The translations under genes and the position numbers were made by a program. From assembly GCA_951406725.2 (NCBI GenBank), contig OX597817.1:39866001-39930000 (forward strand): a stretch of DNA of 64,000 nt, given 5' to 3'. Under the pieces are notes generated by a model. It was not told the DNA's origin. It saw nothing but the letters and a program-made list of their open reading frames with translations, and did not search any database. Every line of letters begins with the position of its first letter. Position 1 is the first letter of the stretch. Shown here in pieces: positions 40,499 to 53,900 of the stretch. The DNA is from Octopus vulgaris. Lineage: Eukaryota.

Positions 40499-42662
40499 CT
40501 TCCATTTTTAGGGATGGAAGCAGTATTGGTTCAAAATTCTGTATATCTTACTTAATGTGGATGTTCTGTAGACTGCCACAAAACTGCAGTATTCATCTCA
40601 AAAAAGCATCTCATGTAGATGTATTGTGTTAAGGCACTGAAGTACTTCTGCACCTGATGAAAAGCCTCCAACAGAAACACTAGATTTGCTAAATCTAGAT
40701 TTCTGAATCCCTACACATCATCAGTAGCGTAGACAAATTTCCTTGTAGAAGAGTGTAATTCCCTAAAGAAGATACCCAAGAGTCAGGTGATTATGTTAAA
40801 CAAGACAAGGGATTAGAGCTATCATCCAAAATGGAACAAATGCAAATAAAAAGTAAACATGAATAGAAATTTACTTATGGGAACATGCTTAGAGTAAAGA
40901 TCCCCTTTGGTCATGAATGACCATGGGATTGCACCTAGTAAGTTACCATCTGAGGCACAAGTCTGGGCAAGGTTGTTTTGGGGAGACCAGTAGTTACCCA
41001 TGCATAGTAGCCTCTTTTCTCCATGCCACTGATGTTATCCAAGGGAAAGGCAAAGACACCAGTGATGTTGCAACTCATTTCTACAGCCCAGTCTGAGGAT
41101 TGAACTCACATTCCCATGATTGTGAGCCTGATGCTATAACCACAGCATTCTAAATTGATGCAATATATGGAAGCTTTGCTCTCCTAAAAGTATTGTTATA
41201 ATGCAGATTTTTTTCATAATGCACAAATTGTTTTCCCATTAACATACTTCACTGTTACATAGGAGTCAATAAATATGGAGTTGATGAGACCCCATTTTCA
41301 TAAGTGTGGGAACGAAATCTCCTTAGGGTGTGCAAACCTAGATCCAAAATCTTTTACGAACAAGATAGATTTTTTTTTCAGTCTTAATATGAAAACAAAC
41401 ATAGGTTTAATAATGTTGATTCCAAATTTTGGCACAAGGCAAATAAGTTTAGGGAGGGATCAGTTGATTACATTGACCTCAGTGCTCAACTGGTACTTAT
41501 TTTATCGACCCCAAAAGGATGAAAATCAAAGTTGATCGTGGCAGAATTTCATCTGAGAATGTAAGGACAGATGAAATACTGCTTAGCACTTTGCCCAGCA
41601 TGCCAACAATTCTGCCAGGCTGCCACATTTAAACATAGGTGTAATAATAATAATAATGATAATTTTATTTGTAGATCAATCATATCAGATAAATACAATA
41701 ATGGCAAAGTAATGTTTCAAATTAGTCCAAAAGTGTCTCTAAGATCATTTGTTTTGGCATGAAGATTTTCAGGAGTATGTCCAAAGCATTTTCATGATCC
41801 CACAAAAACTTTAGGGGTGTGCACTTGCATCCCCTGCTTCTGAGCCTATTCCCATGTTCAATGACTCATGAGACATTTTGTGTTATTTAACTCCCACATT
41901 ACAGCAAGATTTTTGAGGAATTCCATACTTCTGTATTGTGGGGGATGCCTGTATTTATTTATTTATTCATTCATTCATTCATTCGTTCATTCTCAGTCAT
42001 TTACCCCTGTCTATTTTTATGCAGCAAGTCTTGACAAGTATTACAAACCAGCTTTCTATGCCTAAACAGAACAATGTTTTGATTCAGCCAAATATTTCCA
42101 CTGAGTTTAATAATGATTAGATAAAAGTTCCTAATTCTCTTCCTAGTATTTCTTTTCTAGCTCTACTGTTAACATCAGCATGACAGTCAGACCTCCTTGT
42201 ATTGATTCAAACCAATTCTTTACCTAAACGTTATCTTGCTCAAGTTAATTACTAACCCTACCAACTCCAATATCCTGTCAAGCTGTTATTGCTTTTCTCT
42301 GCTGTATCTTTTTCCTATTTTTCTCCATGCTGTTGCTGACAGTATTTCAGATGTATGTTTTACTTTGTAAACACTTTTATACGTTGGAACCTGTTAGTCA
42401 GGTTGTTGCCTACATCAATCCACCCTTTATGCCATTTTTATTTTCCCACTTTTCACTATTTTATCAATTATCCTGTTTAAATTTTTTTCTTTTATACTCT
42501 TTGTTTCCTTCACAAATACATATACACCCACATACAAAACAGAAAACAAAATCCAAATTCTCAAATGGAAACAAGGTATACACGCCCAAGAATTTTTTTT
42601 AATTATACAAATTCAAACACATTCAGACAGTCAAGCAATAAACACACTGACATATATTCACT

Positions 42663-42702
<40 letters not shown>

Positions 42703-45700
42703 TGTATGTGTGTGTATGCATATATGTATATAGTTTACTGTTCCATTAAGGTAGGATCATCAAAAACAAATACCCCAGCCAGTGAGAGATAAATATCATT
42801 TAACGTACATTGTCTATATATATATATATATTTATATATGCACACATGCATTCACTCATATACATTTATATGCACATACAAGCAACATCCATATTACTAT
42901 GCATATAAATGCAGACACAGTCAGACTCGGAGTTCATGTGAATAGATTGAATTACAAAAGATACAGCCAAACACAGATACACTGTGGTTCACAGATACAA
43001 CTCTGTCTTTCTTCCAGACCATCCAGCACGAACTGTTGTCTCAAAAGAGCAACCTTAAGAAATTAGAAACCAAAGCAGAAAGTGTCAAAGTTCAAATGGC
43101 TAAAGATTCCGTTAATGACACCAATATTTTGTATAAGTCTTTGTTGGAGGAGAGTCAAGTAAGTATCTAATTCATTTGTTGTTGTTGCTGTTGTTGTTTT
43201 TCTGTCTGCATCACCTGACTTAAGATTTGCTGTATGTGTGTCCATGAAAGTCGCTGTTGTAATTGTCATAGAACAACTTTGAGAAGTTGTCTGGTGCCCA
43301 CTTACGTTCACAACACTCTAAATATGACCAACTGTCTGTCAAACTCAGCATTGCACAACACTGAAATTATAGTAACTGCAGAATTTAAATTATAAATGAA
43401 CAAATAGGACAGCATTTGTCTCTAACCCATTAAGCTATCTTCGTAACAAACATATTTATAAATAAATGTTTAACTCCAGTGTCGTGGTGTGAAGTAGATG
43501 AGTGATTCTTCAGGCTTTACATAAAACACTTACTTTTCACTGCTAACATTCTTAGATAATCTACTATCCATTCCTAAAGTGTGTTTAATTTAATAATGTA
43601 AATGCAATGAATGATAAAATCAAGAAAAAAAAGACAGCACAAGAGGGTCAATGTTTAACAAATACTGTATTAGCTTAAATGCTTAAAAGGAAGGAAAATG
43701 AATTAGTATTTTGGTCAAGTGAAGAGGCATAGCTAAGTGGTTACAGTGTTGCACTGGCGAATCTAAGATTGCAGTTTTGATTCCCAGACTGGGTAGTATG
43801 TTGTGTTCTTGAGCAAAACACTTTATTTCACATTGTTTCAATTCACTCGGCTGTTAAATAAGTTCCAGCAGTAACTGAGAAGTTAGCTCTACTACAAAAC
43901 CAGTATGCCATTCACATGTGAGTGTTGTAATTTGGGTCATTTATTCATCATGGAAACTGGGTTGAGCTCTGAACTTAGGAGTGTGAGAGGTTCATGGCAG
44001 ACTGACCAAATCACAATGAAGCTTCTGTTATATCCAATTGACCATTTTGCTTTTGCCATATTTGGAAATGATTGTTGTTTCGCTTGTTTTGGTTTTTTTT
44101 CCTTAATTTCTTTTTATTTCTAACTATTTACTAATTGTATTATCACAGTTCTTAGATTGTATTAGATTCATGTAAAACCTATATTACATTTTTACTTTAT
44201 GCACAAAAACAGCTAGAATGAAAACAGTGACTTACATGTTTATTCTTAACACATTAACTGCCACATGTACCACTGGTGGTAGACTGCAGACTTCATGCAA
44301 TCACCACATGCACCACAAGTTGTACATTTTCATAATTTGAGAAAATATTTTCTTCTGCATCTTTGACATGGTTTTAAGTATATATAAATAACATGAGTGC
44401 TAAAGTTTAATTATGAAATATTGTAAAAATGCAAAAGAAATTACATTTCCTTGTAACTAAACGGTATACAGTGTGACTGCATAAAATACATGGCATCACT
44501 GGTAAGTTTCGATAAAAGATCATGAAGGTTAATGTGTTGATATATTCTGGCAGATTTGAATGTGAATATATTAATCGTTGTTGTGTTTTGTCACAATTTA
44601 TTAGATTTATATAAAGTTACATTAGATTTGTAAAGATTGCCTTTATTGGTTTGCATGTAAAACATTTTAAATTAAGACTACTTCTCTCCTTTCTCTTGAT
44701 TTAAATTACAAGATCACTTTGTTGTGTTATTTTTTCTGTAAATTTACCCTAATAGGAAATTGTTGGCCACCTTGAAGAAATGGTTAAAACTCACAATGAC
44801 TACCGCCAGTGTTATACAAGTAGCCTAGAGTGGCTCAACAATTCCAGACACCATTTGAATCAAATTAATAACCCCAAAGGAGATATTCAAGTCGTTCAAG
44901 AAAGGAAATTGATGTTTAAGGTAACACCATTATTGATATAACTTTATCAGTTTCCCATATTAAACCTATTGTATGTTTATGCATGAACGCTTGTTTCTTT
45001 GTATGCAAGTGTGTGTTGTGTATGGGCTTCTGTGTGTGTGCTATTTCATTGAGAACTGCAGGAAATTGATAAGAATGTTGTGAGAATTTCCCCAAGGAAT
45101 TCTGTGAAGATTTATATGTCTGTCAACAATATAAGGCATCACTTTCAAGAGGTACTAAAACCAGACAGGTGATGATTATCACGTACAATGTCTTCATATT
45201 GTGACAGGAAGAAAAATCTGTTTTTATTTAATAAGCCTTAACTTTACTTAAATGAAGATTCGAATGAAATTCATGATAGTTATTGCCAAGAAAATCTCAG
45301 TATCATGAGGATGATAATGATGATGACAGTGATGGTGGTAGCAGCAGCAGTACCAGTGGCAGTCTTAGTAATGACAGCAGTGATACCAATGACAATGTTG
45401 AGGTCTTGTATTGGTCTCAAGGCTCCTACTTATTGAGGACAATATCATCGTTTTTCATAATTGATTTAATGTCCACTTTTCCATGCTCGAATGAGTCAGA
45501 TAGTGTTTTACCAAGGTAGATTTTCTTTGGTTGGATGCCTTTCTTGTCACCAACTCTTGTCTGTTTCCAAACAAAATTATATTTTCCCCATAACCAGACA
45601 TGTTTGCAAAGAAAGTTGAATTACATTCCTTTACAACAATTACATGATGTCAAGACAAAGAGACACAAATATATACACACACTCACATTCACATACATAT

Positions 45701-46624
45701 ACATACATACATATATACCTCTGTGTGTGTGTGTGTATGATGAGCTTCTTCAAGTTTGCTGCCTACCATGTAAACTCATAAAGCTTTGGTCAACCCAGGG
45801 CTATAATATAAGATAATTGCCCAAGAGGCCACACAGTGGGAATGAACCTATAACCATGTTGTTGGGTAGCAAATTTCTCAACCACACAGCCATACCTGTG
45901 CTTAGGACAAAATACAAGCATACAAAAATGGGTTTACATAAAAAGATCACACCAGTTTTAATAAATCATTAAAACCCAGACTATATTTTGATATCTTGCT
46001 ATGGTTTTACTTTTAAGTATATTCATTTGATTAATCTAATAATATTTATATAATTAATTAGCTGGTATATAAATTTCAAATACCTGAACAAAAATAACAT
46101 GTCTAATGTCCAACTGTGTGTTCTATTCCATTACCTTGAAAATGGCAATGTTTCACAAATTCAAGCAAACTTTTTCACTACCACAGCCACCACCACCTTC
46201 ATAATCCTCCCCCTCCTCTTCATCATCATCATCATGTTCACCTGCATTGAAAGGAATTGGTTGAGAAAGAGTTTCTAGTTGCTGGATGCTCTCCCTGTTA
46301 TCAACCTTTACCCAATTTCAAGTTAGGTAATGTAACCAGATGTTTCCATGGGAGATTGGAAACAAAGGGCTCTGCTTGGATGATGGTGACAATTGCTTAC
46401 AGCTATCATGCAATATCAAGGCAGGTGACACAAACTCAAACACGCATGTACAAATACATATATGCACATGTCAATCTCATCTGGTAGAGTTTCTACAGCT
46501 GGATATCCTTCAGAGTTTCTACAGCTGAAGGGCATCCAGCTGTAGAAACTCTTACAGATCAGATTGGAGCCTGGTGCAGCCATCTGGTTTGCCAGCCCTC
46601 AGTCAAATCGTCCAAATATATACA

Positions 46625-46701
<77 letters not shown>

Positions 46702-47943
46702 ATGTATGTATGCATATAAGTTAAGTGAGATTTGGGTAAAAATCTTGTAGAATAGTGTATATCTACACATGCACGCATGTGAAGGTTTTCTTTCAGTTTC
46801 TGTTTACCAAATCTACTCTCAAATCTTTGGTTGGCTTGGAAATAAAAGTAAGAGTAGTAATTTAAATGATTTTGGTTTCTTAATATTGATTCTCTCAGCA
46901 ATGAAGCTTTACAATTCCTAATTTATGTAACTTAATGAAACCTTTTCCTATAGCTTTTAATAAATTTCATTTCAGAAACTGCAAGGAGAGGTTAACTGTG
47001 GGAAACAACTGGTTTCTGACTGCAGTCAACTTGCTGATAAAGTCTGTGAAAACACCTCACCACAAGGACAAGCAGTGATCAAGGAGGAAATGAATATCCT
47101 TAACCAAAATTGGAACATGTTTTCTGATTCTTTTAATAAAGCCGAACAAAATCTGAATGACCTTATTTCAAACTGGGAAAACTTTGATGAAGAATATAAT
47201 AGATTTTTGTCATGGTGTAACAACTTAGAAGTCCGTACGAATTCTCTTATGAAACTTGGAGACAACATTAAAGAAAAGCAGGCACAGCTTGAGGAAATTA
47301 AGGTAAAAATATATTTGGTTTGTTTTCCACTCATTTTGTTTAATTTTAATTCAAATGTCTGAAGATGAATATGCTTTCTTGATTTAACAGACATGAGTAA
47401 TCGTATTTAATTGAAAAAACTTCAGCAGAAAACTGAGACTATATATATACCTTATCATCATCATTGTAACATTAATTTTTCTGTACTGGCTGGGTTGGAT
47501 AGGTGTGCAGCACAGAATATGAATACACCTTAGTTTAGTAATAATAACAGTATTATAATTGATTTATCACTGCACTTACTAACTGGATCTTTCAGTTAGT
47601 AGTGTATATTTTAGTAAATTTTCACTGTACTTGTTGTGGTGTTGTCGTCGTTGTTGCTGCCGTCGGCATTATTATTTGCTGTCAGTTGTCACAACTATGA
47701 CTGTTCGTAGCTTTGGCAGAACTCGATAAGCTTTCTCCAATCTGGTTTTTTTTTTTGTTTGCTTGAGTTTGCCATTTATTATGATTAATTCCTTTCCAGT
47801 ACATCAGAAACAAATAAAAGTCCTACATTCACATGCAAATTTGCAAAACGTATACAGATAAATTGATATATACATCAAATGTGAGTTCGGTTTGATGGTG
47901 TGATGAAGAACTGAAATCTAACATTTTGTACAAAAAGCCCTTA

Positions 47944-47981
<38 letters not shown>

Positions 47982-50900
47982 AAGGGAGATGTAACTTGGG
48001 AAATATATATATATATATGTCCAGTTTCTATTACACATACACTCTTACAGATATGTAATGCAAATTTTGGATTTGGTTTGCTGATATTCTGGTTTTGTGT
48101 TGAATCCCTCTGTGTAGGTGTGTTGAATTACATACAAACTAGGATTAGAGAGAGAGATGAGAGATCTGAGGGAGGAAGAAAAGGTAAGGAATATTAATAG
48201 AAGAAGGTGGTGACAGTCAGAGAAAGGAGAAAATAAAAGGAATGCCAATATCAACATATTTGGAATAATTGAGGTGGGATAGAGAACAAAAGGTTCTACC
48301 CTAAATGTTAGATGTACTTCTTTATGGCATAAAACATTTTCACTCTTTGAGTTATTTCTATTATCTTTTGTCAACACAGAATATCTTTGACTATATGGCA
48401 CCATAAAGATGTTGGCAACTAAACCAAAAATAATATATTTCTAAGTGTAAACTCATGAAAAAGCAGAAGATAGTCCAGAAAACTAAAATTTGTTCCAATA
48501 CAATTAATGAAAGTGTTAATTTCTTTTACTTAGTCTGAAAACTCACTAGATTATGTTCTGATATTATTTGGAAAGCTGTCACTTGGCAAGTCATACTTTA
48601 AATTATCTTAAAGTTACCATTTAGTATTAAGAAAACTAGATATTGTTTTAAGTAACGTAGTTTCATAAAATGTCAAATAAATGTGGATTAAAGCTCTTTA
48701 ATTAAAATGTCATAGTACAAATTAAATATTTGCCTTCTTTTGTTGGTAAAAGGAATGATTTCTCTTATTGCATTTATTATTTACTTATTTAATTCTCTAA
48801 CTTTAGATTCATGCCTTTAAACAAACCTATTATGTTTATAACATGGCCCTCATTATCAATAATATACATTAATATTCATTCAATATTTATAATGATGGTT
48901 CTATTTTCATACTGTCACCAACATTTTTATAATATAATCTTTTATAATATAATCTATTTACCTATAACATAACCTCTGTATTTAACCCTCTCAGACTTAG
49001 GCCCCTATGTTTAACTTTACCCTCCACCTGGCTTCTGAGCAAAATTAAATAGTTGCATATACAACACAAGAGTAACAATTGCAGGCAAACTAATGGACAA
49101 AATCACAAAATAATTCTGGAAAGTAACAATAATAGGCCTGTCTCTCAACTAAGTTATTTGTTCACCTCAACTGCTACTTTTCTCATTACTTTCACCAGTT
49201 TGATTGTTCAAATTACTCTCGTTGTCTGCATAAGGGTAAACTCTTCATCCAAAGAATAAATGTCATCAATAATTTCCTCAACTGCAAAGAGCTTAGGTCT
49301 TGTTCATTTACTAGGCGAAATGCTGGGTTTGTTATTTGCTTGTTTCGTTGCAAAAAATCCTCTTTTTTTTTTTTTCAATTAAAAAAAGCAGAAATAAACA
49401 AAGCTATGGGTGACACCATTAACAATGAGTCATAAACAACAAGATCAGTTGTCTACTTATAGTATTTCATCTTCCTTTTCATGTGTTGTTCATTATCTCT
49501 TTAACTGGGATTCGGTAAAGATTGCATTCAGGTTTTTCCCACCATACCAAGAACACAGCATGATAAAGTTAATAACATCAATAATTATATCATACCCATG
49601 ATAATAGTTTCAAATCTTGGCACCAGGCCAGTCATTTTGGAAGGAGGTATTTGATTGCATCAACCCCTAGCGGTCAACTGGTAGTTATTTTATTGATCTG
49701 AAAAGAATGAAAAGCAAAATTTACTTTGGTGGCATTTGAACTCAGAACACAAAGAGCCTGAAAAAATGCTGCTAAGCATTTTGTCTGCCACATTAATAAT
49801 TCTTCCAGTTTGCTACCTTTACATCAGACCTGTGATAATCATTTCAAATTTTAGTACAGAGCCAGCAATTTTAAAAGCAAGGGGTTAGTTGATTACACTA
49901 ACCCCAGTGTTCAACTGGTAATTATTTTATCAAGCCCTGAAAAAAATAAAAGCAAAGTCAGCTTCATTGGAATTTGAACTTAAATGTAAAGAGCTGGAAG
50001 AAACAGTACTTTGTATTTTGTTTGACACGTTAATGATTCTGTGAGTTTGCCATCCTTATATCATACCTATAATAATTCTTTCTACTAGAGGCATAAAGCC
50101 TAAAAATTTTTGTTAGGAAGGGCTCGTTGAGTACATTGAGACCCCAGTGCTCAAACTGGTTCTTATTTTATTGACCCCCTAAAGGATGAAGGACAAAGTC
50201 GGCTTTGCCAGAACTCAGAATGTAAAGTGCCAGAAGAAATGTCCACTAAGTACTTTGTCTGGCACAGTAATGATTCTGTCAGCTCACCATCTTTATATCA
50301 TAGCCATAATAACGATATATCAGTGATAGCATCATATTACTAACAATGTCTTCAAGACTAATTTAACAACAATAATGATGTCATATCACAAATGTCACGT
50401 CAATTCATCGCAAATAATACCTTATCAATAATTATATCACTATAATAATAATAATAATGTGACACAAATATGCCACATCAGTAATTGTCACATCAACAAT
50501 GACATATCAGTAATAACATCACATCAATTATAATGCCTTATCAATAATGTTATATCAACAATAACTCATCAATGTCAGATGTCACATTAATATTGTTACA
50601 TGAATAATTAAGTTACATCAATAATTGTATCTCTAGCAGAATCATTAGCATGTCAGACAAAATGCTTAGTGGTATCTCCTCCAGTTCTCTTTTTATTTTT
50701 TACTCTTTTTTACTTGTTTCGGTCATTTGATTGTGGCCACGTTGGAGCACTGCCTTTTGTTGAGCAAATCGACCCCAGGACTTATTCTTTGTAAGCCTAG
50801 TACTTATTCTATCGGTCTCTTTTGCCAAACCGCTTAGTTACAGGGACGTAAACACACCAGCATTGGTTGTCAAACGATGTTGTCAAACTTTGTCTTTCAT

Positions 50901-53900
50901 CCTTTTGGGGTCAATAAAATAAAGTACCAAGGGTCAATGTAATCACTTTGTCTCCTCCCTTCAAAATTGCTGGCTTTGAATTCTGTGTTGTACTGGTATC
51001 CTGTTCAGGAACAATGTTGTGATCTTGGTCACATGTACATCATAAAAACTGGGTAACCAGCCTGAAATGTCCTAGGGGTCAAGAAAAAAGATAATCACAT
51101 TATTTAGGTCAATAATAAAGTCACAACAGTTAATAACACCGATGTCAATAATCAAGTGTTGCGAATAATAATTAATCTCAATAAAACTTAATTATTTTTT
51201 TCTTTTTTTTTTTCTTTTTTTCTTACATTTCAGGGCTTACTTGAAGAAGTAACTCAGAAGAAAGAGAATTTGGACAAAATTCAAGAACTTGGTGAACAAG
51301 TGGCACAAAAAAATAATGACCCGAAGATCTCTCACAGACTTCACCAATTATCATCACAGTATTATGGTCAGAGAACAAACATCAAGGTATTTCTTTATAT
51401 TCAGATTACTCTGTCAAATGTACTGCTGTACATGTTATATATTCACATTGTTTTGAATCAACCATGCATTATCTTGTAGCTTCAAGATTTTAGTGATGTG
51501 ATTGTTTATTTTTAGAATGACATTATAGGGTAGGTGTAAGAGGCTAGATCTGGCCAGTTTGAGCATAAAACAGATGGAATATTTGGGTTGGATATGACTG
51601 GTTTAAATGCTAAAGGCTTAAATATTAGTATTAAAAAATCCTTTAGCTGTGTTCAAAAGAAACAAAGAACATGCAATCTTGGTCATGCCACAAATTGGTA
51701 GTCTTACCATTTTTATTATTGGTGATAGTCATCATTTTAAAATTCTAATTTTCCATGCTTGTATGGATCAGACAGGATTCATTGAGGTAGATTTTCCAAG
51801 GATGGATGCCCCTATTGTTGCTAGCCCTCACTTGTTTCTAATCATGGTAAAATTTCACCACAGTAGAATATGTTTTTACAGACAACTGGAAATGGCAGAC
51901 ACTGTTTCTATGGCAATGACACTTATATCAATTGCATGGTATCAAGATAAAGAAACACAAACATACATGCATACATGTGCATGCAAGCCTGCACACACAG
52001 ACACGTAGCTTTTTTTCAGTCTCTGTCTACTAAATCCACTCACAAAGCTTTGGTCTGGAACTGTAGTAGAAGACACTGTAGCACACAATGGGACTACATG
52101 GTTGGCAAGTGAACTTCTTAATCACACAGCTATGCCTCTACCTGTCTAAATTCTTGTTTAAATTCTTGTCTAAATTCAGTTAAGGTTACTCACTGTTTCT
52201 TATTATCCTTATAGGCTTGCATTTCTTCCAATGATCAAAAGTTAAGCTTATGATCACAAATGGTTTCAAACTTAAGCTCTCTATAATTCAAGCCTTGTAA
52301 ATCACAACATGAACCCCAGTTCTCTTTATACTCCTCTCTATATTAAATCAGTAAGTGTATCTCTACATGGTTAATTCAAAATGCTAGAAATAGCAGCCAA
52401 ATTTCCATAAAATCACATTCTGTTGTCTTAAAAAATACAGAAGAGCACATCAGATAATGTAATTTTTGACATACAGTACCCAAAAATAAAAGGAAATATG
52501 GGATGGTCATAGTTGGAACATATTTGATCATAAGTCTGCTCAGTGAAGGCTGATCTATGACTTAACTGCTAGATGAACAAACAAAGGATGTCTACATGAT
52601 CACCCAAGGAGATTGAAATAGCTGTCAAATCTCCCTCGAATTTCTGTCTATCATCTTAGAAAAGATCGAATGGTCAGGACTCAAACATCCATGATAATGT
52701 GACTGACTCTTCAGTGAAAGCAAATCTGGAGTAAGAAACATTTTTAATTAGAGGTAATATTTGATAACAAGACTTTCAATTACTTGCAATGAATCATTTA
52801 AATAAGAAATTACCATTTTGTATAAGAATCCATATTGGAATCCAAGTCACAGTTGGCCAAGGCATTATCACCATCTTTCATCATCTTTTAATAGTCCATG
52901 TTCCATGCTGGCAAGGCTTGGACAGTTTGACAGGATACAAAGGATTCCAAAGACTGCACCATGCTCCAGTGTATGCCTTGGCATGGTTTCTATGTCTTGG
53001 ATGTCTGTTTTAATGCCAATTCCTTTACAAAGTATACTGGGTGCTTTCTACATGGTACCAGCACCAGTGAGGTCACCATGCAGCTTGCAAGACTCCACTC
53101 TTCAACTGAGTGGAGTTACATTAGATAGGAAGCAGCTAGCTGGCAGAAACGTTAGCGCACCAGGCAAAATGCTTAGCAGTATTTCGTCTGCCACTATGTT
53201 CTGAGTTCAAATTCCGCCGAGGTCGACTTTGCCTTTCATCCTTTTGGGGTCAATAAATAAAAGTACCAGTTTCACACTGGGTTCGATGTAATCGACTTAA
53301 TCCCTTTGTCTGTCCTTGTTTGTCCCCTCTATGTTTAGCCCCTTGTGGGCAATAAAGAAATATATTAGGAGATGAGAATTAAAGTACAAGGGAAGGGATC
53401 ATTGTAGATGAATAGTTATGTTGTACCACTGACACTAATATCCAACTAGAAACCATAAGGAGGCACAGTTCCTTTGTGTAGACTCTGGCCACTCTATATA
53501 TTTGGCATTATTCCATTTACTAGATGTATTGAGTTCAAATCTCAATCTAGTCTTTACAAATATTATGGAAAATTATTCCAGTGTGTTATATGTAGAATAT
53601 TCTGGAAAGTTTTGTTCTTTTTTTCATGGAAAGGTTTTGTGAAAACCTGGGGAATTGCATTACATTACTGTGTGTGCGTGTGTGTGTGTGTGAATCTTTT
53701 GTAGAATTTGGCATACTTAGATCTTGCTATCAAAATGTTTACTTATTTCCCCCAGAATGAAATTATTAAGCTGACAGAGAATATCCACGATCACGAAATA
53801 TTTGAAAATTCTTATCAGACAACCATTGAATGGATTAACTCTTGTGAAAATGAGCTTAAAGACTGTAATAACACTAAAGGAGATGGCGTTTCAATACAGG

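Noticed and set aside
41277-41325. GGAGUUGAUGAGACCCC...GGGAACGAAAUCUCC hammerhead-like string
   Set aside because: There is no room for stem III between GAAA and the putative cleavage site, and the first core base is altered.
45283-45519. Acidic/Ser-rich ORF ([14 protein letters not shown])
   Set aside because: Degenerate (GAT)/(AGC) trinucleotide tract with no convincing splice sites or fit to the host protein.
49586-50313. Repeat-spacer pattern resembling a CRISPR array
   Set aside because: Eukaryotic intron, spacers are ~215-bp homologous SINEs, repeats are degenerate, and no cas genes are present.
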